Source: an uncultured Clostridium sp. (GTDB taxonomy: Bacteria > Bacillota > Clostridia > TANB77 > CAG-508). From it: a stretch of DNA of 41,816 nucleotides. How positions within the stretch are numbered: position 1 is the first letter of the stretch; each line of letters starts with the position of its first letter. The position numbers and the translations under genes are program-made. The notes below the pieces were generated by a model. The model worked only from the letters and a program-made list of their open reading frames with translations, made no database searches and was not told the origin of the DNA. The stretch spans positions 1 through 41,816 of the forward strand of contig CANTHA010000002.1 of NCBI GenBank assembly GCA_947653375.1. The letters are read 5' to 3'. This document shows positions 25,963 to 34,680 of this stretch, in pieces.

Positions 25963-26754
25963 TTATTTCCCTTCTATATACGCTTTTCCCAATAATCTTT
26001 CTATAAATCCCATATTTTTATAAACTTGTTCTGTATAAAATCCCTGTTCTGTTTGAACACAAATTTCATTTATATTTAACTGTATTAAATCTTTTATTAT
26101 ATCTGACATCATCTGTTTGCATACACCATTTCTTTGATATTTTTTATTTGTTGTAACATTGTATATAATTGCTTTATTCCCTTTATATACAACAGTTGCA
26201 GTAGAAATTGATTCTTGTTCTTTCTTTCCTAAATAATGAATAACCTTATATTCACTATCATTTTCATTAAAACTTTTTTCTAACGCAATTTTATATCCAT
26301 CTGATAAACTTTCATACGGATCTTCTGGATTATCTCCAGAGAATCCATCCATTATAGCTTGAATAAATTGTTCCTTTAATATTTCATCAACTTTATAAAC
26401 AGAAAAATCTATTTTGCTTTTATATGATTCAAATTGTTCTAAATTATCTAATGTCATCCAAACATCTGTATATAATGATTTTAATTTAGAATTTTTAATG
26501 TTTTCTTGTAGTTTTAAATCTATAATGCTAGATGGTATATAAATTATAGGTTTTCTATTTAATTCATTCATATTTAGTTTTATTTCATCAAAAATTTCAT
26601 TTAAAGAAACTTCTCTATTTTTGAGATAAGCAAAATTCCAATACTCATCATCTATTAAATTACTATAATAAATATCGTAATCTTGTTTTTGTATTTTATT
26701 TGACATATATAAATATAGTTGTCCGTTTAAATGAATATCAATTATATCTTCCAT
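25963..26754 (-). CDS. GNAT domain protein (C-terminal acetyltransferase domain)
   Basis: C-terminal NKKYQRNGVCKQMMSDI motif; 263 aa. Confidence 0.65.
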   Translation of the reverse strand: MEDIIDIHLNGQLYLYMSNKIQKQDYDIYYSNLIDDEYWNFAYLKNREVSLNEIFDEIKLNMNELNRKPIIYIPSSIIDLKLQENIKNSKLKSLYTDVWMTLDNLEQFESYKSKIDFSVYKVDEILKEQFIQAIMDGFSGDNPEDPYESLSDGYKIALEKSFNENDSEYKVIHYLGKKEQESISTATVVYKGNKAIIYNVTTNKKYQRNGVCKQMMSDIIKDLIQLNINEICVQTEQGFYTEQVYKNMGFIERLLGKAYIEGK

Positions 26755-26761
26755 AATTACC

Positions 26762-27532
26762 TCAATTCATATATTTTTTATTTATCAATTCCTCATATTC
26801 GTTTAATAAAGAATCTGCAATATCTAAATTTTTCTCAATATCATTAAAATTTGATACTTTGAATAATACTTCTAATTTGTCAACCTCATCTTTAGGTAAA
26901 TGATTTGATATATGGCATAATTTATAATCATAATGTCTAGGAGTATATATTAGTCTGCTAATTACTACTAAAGGATTAGCAATATTTTCTATATATTTCA
27001 TATATGCTTCTAAATATTGATTTCTTTTTATGTATTTTTGAACTCTGCTTTTTTGCTTTATTCTATATTTATTGTTTTCAAATACTTTTTTTATCAAATC
27101 TATATCTAATTCATCGTTTTCTTTAAAAGTAATTACATTATTTTTATCGAATATAACTAAAGGTAGTTCTGCTATATCATTTTTAATATAACAAGTTGCA
27201 GATCTATCTCTATTATGTGATTGAACACATATATCTAAAGTTAAATATTCGGATGTATTTTGTAAATGAATATTACTTTGAGCAATTTCTTCTCTTATAT
27301 CATCTACTCTCGAATCAATTTTTCCTAATTCTTGCAATTTTTCTATACAATCATATAAAAAGGTAGTCATCTTATCTTTATCAACATCAAACCAGAAATC
27401 AATATCAGAATATTCATCAACTTTATTTATACCATCTGCACCTTCAAGCCACATAGCATACACATATTCTTTATCTTTGCTATATATTTTTAAAAAGTCA
27501 ATTATTTCTTCTCTTTGAATCACTGCATCCAC
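26762..27532 (-). CDS. Nucleotidyltransferase domain protein (ANT(6)-like layout)
   Basis: LEGADGINKVDEYSDIDFWFDV matches the G-x...DxD polymerase-beta-type NTase motif. Confidence 0.6.
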   Translation of the reverse strand: MDAVIQREEIIDFLKIYSKDKEYVYAMWLEGADGINKVDEYSDIDFWFDVDKDKMTTFLYDCIEKLQELGKIDSRVDDIREEIAQSNIHLQNTSEYLTLDICVQSHNRDRSATCYIKNDIAELPLVIFDKNNVITFKENDELDIDLIKKVFENNKYRIKQKSRVQKYIKRNQYLEAYMKYIENIANPLVVISRLIYTPRHYDYKLCHISNHLPKDEVDKLEVLFKVSNFNDIEKNLDIADSLLNEYEELINKKYMN

Positions 27533-27546
27533 CTCTTTTATATCTT

Positions 27547-28281
27547 TTACAATATTTGTATTAGTTCTTTTAAATTATTTATAGTCATAGTTGGCTTATA
27601 TTCATCACATAATTTTTCATTGTTTCTATTAAACCAACAACTATCGAAATTACATCTCATAGCAAATCCCACATCTGACTTCAATGAATCACCTATCATT
27701 AAATATTCTTTAATATTGTAATTATTTAAAGTTTTTTCTATTCCTTCAAAAAACTCTTTATTAGGTTTCATATAACCAAACATATCAGCAGATAGTATTT
27801 CATTTACAAAATCTATGCAGTTTATTTTCAATAGCTTATCTCTTGTAGCGACTTTAGGTCCATTAGTAGCAATTATAATATAATAGTTTTTATTTGATAA
27901 ATACTTTAATGTTTCATAGGCTCCATCTATTGCAATAACATTTTCAGTTAAAGCATTCATATAAATATTATTCAAGTTAATTGCCTCATTCAAAGAAATT
28001 TCATTATTAAAATATATTAAAACTCTTTGTGCTCTTAACCAATTTAAAAATTCATCACTTTTTTTGCCTGTTTCATTCTTTAAATGTTCTGGTAATTCAA
28101 TTAGTCCATCTTGCCAGTCTTTCCAAAATTGCTTATCTATTTCATACCATACTTTAAAACTGTCATTGCTATATTTTTCATTTTTTGATTCAATCATTTT
28201 TTTAAAAGCATATTTAACATTTTCCAAATTATCTATTAAAGTATCATCTAAATCAAATATCAATATTTTATATTTATTCAC
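27547..28281 (-). CDS. HAD family hydrolase (YjjG-like nucleotidase candidate)
   Basis: ILIFDLDDTLID motif I, ATNG and GDSLKSDVGFA motifs. Confidence 0.8.
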   Translation of the reverse strand: MNKYKILIFDLDDTLIDNLENVKYAFKKMIESKNEKYSNDSFKVWYEIDKQFWKDWQDGLIELPEHLKNETGKKSDEFLNWLRAQRVLIYFNNEISLNEAINLNNIYMNALTENVIAIDGAYETLKYLSNKNYYIIIATNGPKVATRDKLLKINCIDFVNEILSADMFGYMKPNKEFFEGIEKTLNNYNIKEYLMIGDSLKSDVGFAMRCNFDSCWFNRNNEKLCDEYKPTMTINNLKELIQIL

Positions 28282-28295
28282 TAGCTTACCTTTCC

Positions 28296-28718
28296 CTATC
28301 TATTTCTTTTTAGATATTCCTCTATAAACTTTTTAGCAGGAGAATATAAATTTTCTGGTAAATCATTTATATCAAACCATTTCCATTCACTATGCTTTGT
28401 TGGCTCTAAATTTTTCAACTCTCCATTAAATTTATTTGCAACTAATTGAATAGTTACAAAATGCTTATTAGGTTGAATATCATCTGTCGCACCAAAAATT
28501 GATAATTCTGAAATATCTAAATTAGTTTCTTCTTTAACTTCTCTTATAGCTCCTTCTATCATTGTTTCGTTGTATTCTTGTTTACCACCAGGAATTGTCC
28601 AACTTCCAGGCTCATAAATTCCTCCAGTATCTTTATAATTATCGCATCTATGTCCTAAAAGAATTTTGTTACCATCTCTAATTACAATTCCTAAACCAAC
28701 TTTAATTATATTTTCCAT
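28296..28718 (-). CDS. NUDIX hydrolase (MutT-like)
   Basis: Nudix box GGKQEYNETMIEGAIREVKEETNLDI. Confidence 0.85.
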   Translation of the reverse strand: MENIIKVGLGIVIRDGNKILLGHRCDNYKDTGGIYEPGSWTIPGGKQEYNETMIEGAIREVKEETNLDISELSIFGATDDIQPNKHFVTIQLVANKFNGELKNLEPTKHSEWKWFDINDLPENLYSPAKKFIEEYLKRNR

Positions 28719-28733
28719 ATTAGCTCCTCCAGT

Positions 28734-29135
28734 TTATATTTTTTCTTTTAATTTAGATAAGTTTTTAGATAAACTTATTACTTCTAATGGTATTTCAATC
28801 AATTTATTATCAACTGCTACATAGTTTGTTATTTCAATATTGCTTATATCAATAGCATTTTCTAATTCTTTAATAATATAATGAAGTTGTATGCAATGAG
28901 GTGATTTATCTACAGTAGCAAAAATCATTTTTTTTATTTTGCCTCTTGCTATCATACCAATTATTTTTGTTACCACCATATTTAAGTGTTCTTTCTCTAG
29001 GCATACATCATAAATGCTCGTAGAAATTTGTTCTAACTGTTTATATGCTTTAGGTTGCATACTTTCTAAACAACTTCCTACAATAATCATTGTTTCTTGA
29101 ATGTCAAAGCAATTTATTTTTAATAAATCTTTCAT
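28734..29135 (-). CDS. Hypothetical protein (133 aa)
   Basis: I prefer the start at ATG 29135 (GGAG RBS, MKDLLKINCF...), 16 nt after the deaminase stop. The track ORF extends to 29162. Confidence 0.55.
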   Translation of the reverse strand: MKDLLKINCFDIQETMIIVGSCLESMQPKAYKQLEQISTSIYDVCLEKEHLNMVVTKIIGMIARGKIKKMIFATVDKSPHCIQLHYIIKELENAIDISNIEITNYVAVDNKLIEIPLEVISLSKNLSKLKEKI

Positions 29136-29151
29136 TTTTTGTTCTCCATTT

Positions 29152-29601
29152 CTATTTTGCATTTTTTAACACTTCAACTGCCTTATCTCTATGTACTTCT
29201 TTAACAATTTCTATCTTTCTATTTTTACAATTATCTGCAACAACTTGTGCTTTTACTAATATATCATTTACACATTCTTTTGAATCTTCTAAAGTTGCAC
29301 CATATACTAATTTTTCGATTCCAGTATAAAGAATTGCTCCCATACACATTGCACAAGGCTCACAAGAAGAATAAATTACACAATCTTTTCCACCCTCTGC
29401 ACATAGGTGTCCTCCTAAATGTTCCATTGCATCTTCTATTGCTCTTAATTCTGCGTGAGAAAATGCTGTTTTAGAAACTGGAACATCTTTATCACTTCTA
29501 CCAATAATTTCTCCATTTTTCACAATTATAGCTCCATAAGGATATATTGCTTTTTTACTTAATTCTATTGCAATATCAATAAATTTTTCATCTTCATTCA
29601 T
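29152..29601 (-). CDS. CMP/dCMP-type zinc deaminase (TadA/guanine deaminase-like)
   Basis: HAELRAIEDA and PCAMCMGAI zinc-binding motifs. Confidence 0.85.
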   Translation of the reverse strand: MNEDEKFIDIAIELSKKAIYPYGAIIVKNGEIIGRSDKDVPVSKTAFSHAELRAIEDAMEHLGGHLCAEGGKDCVIYSSCEPCAMCMGAILYTGIEKLVYGATLEDSKECVNDILVKAQVVADNCKNRKIEIVKEVHRDKAVEVLKNAK

Positions 29602-29667
29602 TGTAAATCCTCCTACTTAATTATTCTCCATTAAGATTTTATTCCCTCTATTTTCTAAATTGCCCTT

Positions 29668-29696
29668 ATTGTATCATAAAAGTTAATTTTTGTCTT
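29668..29696 (-). promoter_or_regulatory. Candidate promoter of the long cargo operon
   Basis: On the minus strand: AAGACA, 17-nt spacer, TGATACAAT (extended -10), about 65 nt upstream of the deaminase ATG. Confidence 0.35.
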
Positions 29697-29734
29697 TATT
29701 TTTGCGACTTTTATTTTGAAAATGACATAAAAGG

Positions 29735-29774
29735 CAAAAAAAATAGCAAGAGCCAATTTTGAACTCTTGCTATT
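29735..29774 (-). terminator. Rho-independent terminator after the C5 methyltransferase
   Basis: aatagcaagag/ctcttgctatt, a perfect 11-bp stem followed by T8 on the minus strand. Confidence 0.75.
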
Positions 29775-29780
29775 TGCTAA

Positions 29781-31241
29781 TTACATATCTTTTAATAAAT
29801 TCTTAAATATCGCTTCTAAAACATTAACAACTATACTATTTCCAGCTTGTCTATATAATTGTGTATCTGATATTCCTACAGATCTTACTTTGTTAAAGTC
29901 TGTATCTTCGAATCCCATCAATCTCCAACATTCAAGAGGAGTTAATTTTCGTATTTTCATAAAATGATTTCCATCTTCTGAAATCAATACTGCTGCACTC
30001 GAACTTGTAATTCCACAAGTTGTTGTCTGTGTTGGAGCAATATCTTTAATCTCTTTTTGATTATATGGATTAAACATTTTTCTTTCTGCAATACTTGGTC
30101 TAAACTGACTAGCAGTAACTGCTGTTGCAATTCCTTCTGTATCATATATTCTATCTTGTAAACTAGGTTGTTTCTTTTGATTATTTAAACATATAGGTTT
30201 AGGTGTTTCAATAACTGTAGCCATACTAGGTGATGTTAGAATTGTCTGTGATACCTCTTTTCCAACTCTCCCTCGTTTTGTTGTACTATTAGGATAAGAA
30301 TAATTTATTGAATCTCCTTCTCTTGCTTCTGTGTATCCTTTTTTAGTACCTTCTTTAACAAGAATATAAGGTTGTTTATGTCCTCCATTATCCATAGTAG
30401 TTAGTGTAGGCGATATTCCATTTGGATTATATACACTTCCTGCTTGATGCTTTGATTTCTCTGCATCAAATAATCCTGCTACTCTTTCAACATTATTAGA
30501 TTCTGCAATATATTGATTTTGACTTCCACTCATTTTGTGATAACCTGCTATAAGACAAGAACTTATATTAGGATTTTGACAATCTTTTAATAGTTTGTTG
30601 TTTTTCTTTATTAACCTTCCTATTCCATTTTCCGTTAAATAAAATTTGTCATCTACTTTATCTTCTAAAATATCTTTAAGTTTTAAATTTAATGTTATTG
30701 GAGATGGAAAAGTAAAATTGTTTTTATCAATATCTTTACGAATGGAAACAATAAATACTCTTTCTCTATTTTGTGGAACTCCATAATCTTTTGCATTTAA
30801 TACTTTCCAATAATTATTATATCCTAGTTCTGATATATCATTTAATATTGAATTAAATTGTTCTTTAAATCTTTGACTTGTTAAATTTTTAACATTCTCA
30901 ATTATGCTATATTTAGGCATTTTTTCTTTTAATATTTTATATCCTTCATAATATAATCCGCTTCTAGTTCCCTCTTTTATTCCTTCCATTCTACCAGCTA
31001 TTGAAATATCTTGACACGGAAATCCCCAACTCATAAGATCAAAATCTGGTATTTTATCAATTTCTATCTTTGTTACATCTCCTAAATTTTTATTTTCTGG
31101 TACATTATGAATAGTACAATAACTCTTAATAGCATATTTATCTATTTCTGAAAATCCTACTAATTCATAATCTATATTTAATCTCTCTAATGCTTTTTCA
31201 AAAGCTCCAATTCCTGTAAATAAACTTAATAATTTTAACAT
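29781..31241 (-). CDS. DNA (cytosine-5)-methyltransferase, orphan
   Basis: Motifs LFTGIGAFE (I), GFPCQDIS (IV), ENVKNL (VI), QNRERVFIV (VIII) and QAGNSIVVNVL (X), with a long variable region. The ATG at 31241 follows AAGGAGG; the track start at 31262 is GTG. Confidence 0.9.
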   Translation of the reverse strand: MLKLLSLFTGIGAFEKALERLNIDYELVGFSEIDKYAIKSYCTIHNVPENKNLGDVTKIEIDKIPDFDLMSWGFPCQDISIAGRMEGIKEGTRSGLYYEGYKILKEKMPKYSIIENVKNLTSQRFKEQFNSILNDISELGYNNYWKVLNAKDYGVPQNRERVFIVSIRKDIDKNNFTFPSPITLNLKLKDILEDKVDDKFYLTENGIGRLIKKNNKLLKDCQNPNISSCLIAGYHKMSGSQNQYIAESNNVERVAGLFDAEKSKHQAGSVYNPNGISPTLTTMDNGGHKQPYILVKEGTKKGYTEAREGDSINYSYPNSTTKRGRVGKEVSQTILTSPSMATVIETPKPICLNNQKKQPSLQDRIYDTEGIATAVTASQFRPSIAERKMFNPYNQKEIKDIAPTQTTTCGITSSSAAVLISEDGNHFMKIRKLTPLECWRLMGFEDTDFNKVRSVGISDTQLYRQAGNSIVVNVLEAIFKNLLKDM

Positions 31242-31265
31242 AATAAAATTCCTCCTTTGCACACG

Positions 31266-31293
31266 AAAAAAGCCCCAGAATTTAATCTGGAGC
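31266..31293 (-). terminator. Hairpin + T6 after the relaxase gene (possibly a partial terminator)
   Basis: On the minus strand: GCTCCAGA ttaaat TCTGGGGC TTTTTT. Confidence 0.4.
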
Positions 31294-31308
31294 GAATTTT
31301 GTATTTAA

Positions 31309-32940
31309 TTATTTACTATATAATGAATCAATCTCTTTTTTCTTTTCCAAAACAAGTTTTTCTAAATCTGTTCCCTTTGCGATTCCAATTTTTTGATTGT
31401 CTTTATCATATAGTTCGTATTCTTTATCATCTACTAAATATAATGTATAAAACTGATATTTTTCATTATAGGCAGTAAATTTTTTATCTATATGTATTTT
31501 AAAGTTTGTATAAGGTAAATTTATACAATACTCTTTATCATTTGAATTTTTGTAGTCTATTTTATTTCCACCAAATTTAATATTGTGTATATATAAACCA
31601 CTACTTGATAATTTTTCTTCTTTTATAGTTTCTAAATGATTAAGTTCCCTTTGAAGTTCTAATATTTCGTTTCTTTTTTTATTTATTTTAATTCGTTCTG
31701 ATCTTGAATCTTTAATTAACTGCTTTGCTTCATCAATAGAAGTTATATTCAAATCATTTTGTAATTTTATAAATATATCAACTTCTGTTGGAAATACATA
31801 ATCCTCATCTATTTCTTTATAAGACATAGCATACTCATATAATTCATAAAGTCTAATATAATCATTTGCCATCTCTGTAGTTTTAAGAATCTTATTAAAT
31901 TTTTCTTGATTCTTTTTCACTTCAATATTTTTATCTTTTATCTGCCCTCTTTTAATTGATATTTCTGTTTCAATATCATTGAAATCTCGGATATTATATT
32001 TATCTAAATATTCTAATTGTTGTTTTAATTTATAATATCGTTGTATTTCTTGATATTTTGTTTTTTGATATTCATTATAAACTTTTCCTTTAGTTTGCAA
32101 CTGACTTTTTTCTATAGCAATTTTAGATTCATTTGCTTTTTGAAATAATATAGAATTAAATTCTGTTTTATTTGTTTTTATTGCTAGTAATTTAATGTTT
32201 GTCCTATCTCTATAAAATTTATATAAATTGTTAGTAGCATACTTTGAACTTATTGTATCTATTCTTGCATATCTTTGCATACCTAAACATCTAACTGAAA
32301 TATGCTTTCCTCTCCTTATCTCATATCCTTTAATAGATAATTCATCTAATAGTTCATCAATACTATTACATTTAGAAATAACCTTTTCAATATCATCTTG
32401 TATTTGTTCTTTCCAAGTCTGTCTTTTATATTGGTAATAGTAATCTCTTTCTCTCGATTTATGATAAATTTTTTTAGGCATAATAAAACAACCATACTCT
32501 GCTGCAATTTTATCACTTGTATCGCTTAATCCATACAAACCTTCTTTTTGATTTGCAAGTCTATCTTCTAATTTCTTTCCAGACAAGTTTATTGCATTTA
32601 CAGATATATGATTGTGTATATGTCCTTTATCAATATGAGTGGATATTACACATTGATAATTCGGATATAGTTCTTTGCATAATTTCAAGCCAATTTCATT
32701 TGCTTGTTCTACAGTTATTTTATCCTTTGGAGAAAAACTTTGTATAATATGATATGCTGATCTAGTTCCTGTCATTTTAAATTTGTTTTGAACATCTTTA
32801 AATTCATAATATGCAGTATTTATATTGCAATTTAAGCTACTTGTAAATCCAACTTTTGCTCCATCATTTTTTTCATCCAAAATATATTCAATTAAATTTT
32901 TCGCAGTTCCTAAATGTGCTAATCTTTTTGTAACTGGCAT
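31309..32940 (-). CDS. Relaxase/mobilization nuclease (MobA/VirD2-type, PF03432-like)
   Basis: YHIIQSFSP and HIDKGHIHNHISVNAINL histidine triad, followed by a long Lys/Glu-rich C-terminal region. Confidence 0.85.
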   Translation of the reverse strand: MPVTKRLAHLGTAKNLIEYILDEKNDGAKVGFTSSLNCNINTAYYEFKDVQNKFKMTGTRSAYHIIQSFSPKDKITVEQANEIGLKLCKELYPNYQCVISTHIDKGHIHNHISVNAINLSGKKLEDRLANQKEGLYGLSDTSDKIAAEYGCFIMPKKIYHKSRERDYYYQYKRQTWKEQIQDDIEKVISKCNSIDELLDELSIKGYEIRRGKHISVRCLGMQRYARIDTISSKYATNNLYKFYRDRTNIKLLAIKTNKTEFNSILFQKANESKIAIEKSQLQTKGKVYNEYQKTKYQEIQRYYKLKQQLEYLDKYNIRDFNDIETEISIKRGQIKDKNIEVKKNQEKFNKILKTTEMANDYIRLYELYEYAMSYKEIDEDYVFPTEVDIFIKLQNDLNITSIDEAKQLIKDSRSERIKINKKRNEILELQRELNHLETIKEEKLSSSGLYIHNIKFGGNKIDYKNSNDKEYCINLPYTNFKIHIDKKFTAYNEKYQFYTLYLVDDKEYELYDKDNQKIGIAKGTDLEKLVLEKKKEIDSLYSK

Positions 32941-33356
32941 TGCTTATTATCCTCCACTCCTTCGACTTTTGTATGATTTATTTGTTTCCATACATCTAAA
33001 TCTAATTTTTCATCAATAAGTTTAATCATTGATTTTTGATTCCTTAATATTCCATACATAGTGTTCGTTAAGTTTTTTAATTCCTCACTTGATAACTGTG
33101 TTGCATATCTACTTATATGCCTTATTTCTTTTGCGATTTTTTTTAGTTGTTCTGTATTATCAGAATATGCTTTATATAGTTCCTCTTTGCTCTTTAAATC
33201 AACATAAGTAACATTTTCATAAATGACTGCATCTCTAACATAAGGTGCAAGTCTTTTATATCCATAATATTCTGCTTTTGCTTCTACTAATATTCGTTCT
33301 TCTTTTGATAACCAAACTTTTATACTTTCCCTTCTTTGTTTTGAATTCAATTCCAT
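32919..33356 (-). CDS. MobC-like relaxosome accessory protein
   Basis: RRESIKVWLSKEERILVEAKAE is RHH-like. The gene sits directly upstream of the relaxase and overlaps it. The ATG at 33356 follows GAGGAG. Confidence 0.55.
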   Translation of the reverse strand: MELNSKQRRESIKVWLSKEERILVEAKAEYYGYKRLAPYVRDAVIYENVTYVDLKSKEELYKAYSDNTEQLKKIAKEIRHISRYATQLSSEELKNLTNTMYGILRNQKSMIKLIDEKLDLDVWKQINHTKVEGVEDNKQCQLQKD

Positions 33357-33377
33357 TACAATCACTCCTCTCAATTT

Positions 33378-33989
33378 TCAATTTAGATAAAAAAAGTTAT
33401 CATATATGTAACCTGCTACAATATATTTTTCAGTTAATTCCATTTTATATTGTTCTAATAATTCTAAATATTTTTGTTTAAAACAGTTTTTGCATAACCA
33501 CTTAATTCCTTCTTTAGAAATTACAAATTCATTATCTTTAATATATCTATAACTTGTGTTTACTTTTATCATTTTATAAATGGCTCTTTTTATAGTTGGC
33601 TTTGATCTATTAAAATACAATTCTAATTTCTTCACATACATATCTTCATTAAATAGACTTTTAGAATTTATATTTAATACTTTTTCATATTCCTTAATTC
33701 GAGTTTCAAAAAATTCAATGTCAGCATCAATTAAAGGTTTTTCTTTTTGAAAATATACATATCTGATCCACAAATATCCTTCTATTAAAATAAAATACCT
33801 TTTACTTTTAATCTTATTGCTTTGCCATCTACAATTAGGATGCTTTCTTAACATAGTTGATACAGCCAATCTTAAATCTTTGTGTGTAATTTCATTATTG
33901 TTTTTAGTTGTAATATTATTGATTTTTAATCGCTTTAATATTTTGTTATACGATAGAAAAAAATTATCTAATTGATTTTGACTATCCAT
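33378..33989 (-). CDS. Hypothetical protein (203 aa)
   Basis: AGAGGA RBS. Basic protein upstream of mobC. No recognisable motif. Confidence 0.55.
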   Translation of the reverse strand: MDSQNQLDNFFLSYNKILKRLKINNITTKNNNEITHKDLRLAVSTMLRKHPNCRWQSNKIKSKRYFILIEGYLWIRYVYFQKEKPLIDADIEFFETRIKEYEKVLNINSKSLFNEDMYVKKLELYFNRSKPTIKRAIYKMIKVNTSYRYIKDNEFVISKEGIKWLCKNCFKQKYLELLEQYKMELTEKYIVAGYIYDNFFYLN

Positions 33990-34007
33990 AAATATATTCC
34001 TCTTTTC

Positions 34008-34391
34008 TTATATTTCATTTTCATAGTCAATTACTTCATTATCCGAATGTACTATTTCGTGTTGTATGTTACTATTATCCAAATTATTTGTTAATTCTTT
34101 CATTGTGATTCCTAAATCATAAAGTTTGTTTAGCATAGTTTGTTTACTTGATTCTATATGCCTATTAGATAATACCCTATCTGTAAAATCTTCTAATGCT
34201 TCCTTAAATTCTTCATAATAGCTGCCAAAATTCCAAGATTTACTTTTTATATCAAATCCATTTACTATAATATATTTTTCTGGTGTATCATACATTTTCT
34301 CAATTAAAGCATAATTATCTACTAATGCTAAAATTTTTAAATCGCCTAATGACTTTGTTTTAAAATACATATTATTTTCTTTATTATCCAT
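34008..34391 (-). CDS. Hypothetical protein (127 aa)
   Basis: The ATG at 34391 follows AAGGAGG. This is the first gene downstream of the structured island. Confidence 0.55.
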   Translation of the reverse strand: MDNKENNMYFKTKSLGDLKILALVDNYALIEKMYDTPEKYIIVNGFDIKSKSWNFGSYYEEFKEALEDFTDRVLSNRHIESSKQTMLNKLYDLGITMKELTNNLDNSNIQHEIVHSDNEVIDYENEI

Positions 34392-34444
34392 AACAATTTT
34401 CCTCCTTAACTTCAATTTTTTAACTCTTATATATTCTATTTCTA

Positions 34445-34640
34445 TATTAAAAATATTCTTGTACTAGCGAAGCGTAGGACAAGAAATCCAGAGCAATTTA
34501 TTTGCTCCGAATATTGAGGATTATTTTTAATGCCCAATATTCGCCAGCTTGGTGTTTTGACACCCTTTTCGCTGTTTAGGGCAAAAGCCCTAAAACCCAT
34601 TTTGCCCGCTGGGAGATAATTTTTTTGTTTTAATTTTTGA
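34445..34640 (-). other. GC-rich, hairpin-dense non-coding island (candidate oriT, ssDNA element or structured RNA)
   Basis: At least six stems sit in about 160 nt: ttcttgt/acaagaa, cagagcaa/ttgctccg, gaatattgagg/cccaatattc, ccagc/gctgg enclosing ggtgt/acacc, and tttagggc/gccctaaa. GC content is far above the flanks. Confidence 0.55.
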
Positions 34641-34669
34641 AAAAAGTGGAGCATTTTCTACTCCACTTT
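34640..34669 (-). terminator. Rho-independent terminator of the leading-region operon
   Basis: On the minus strand: AAAGTGGAG tagaaaatg CTCCACTTT followed by a T-run, 12 nt after the stop at 34681. Confidence 0.75.
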
Positions 34670-34680
34670 CGTTCAAATTT

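Noticed and set aside
13969-29601. Integron-like cassette array
   Set aside because: Cassette-like gene content and uniform orientation suggested it. However, intergenic gaps of 1-40 nt leave no room for attC sites, no IntI-type integrase or attI is present, and the adjacent recombinase is a phage-type integrase.
34442-34654. 70-codon minus-strand ORF from the track (MLHFFQKLKQ...)
   Set aside because: It lies entirely in the GC-rich hairpin island, begins inside the upstream terminator region and has no RBS. Its composition simply reflects the stem sequences. I treat the region as non-coding structure.
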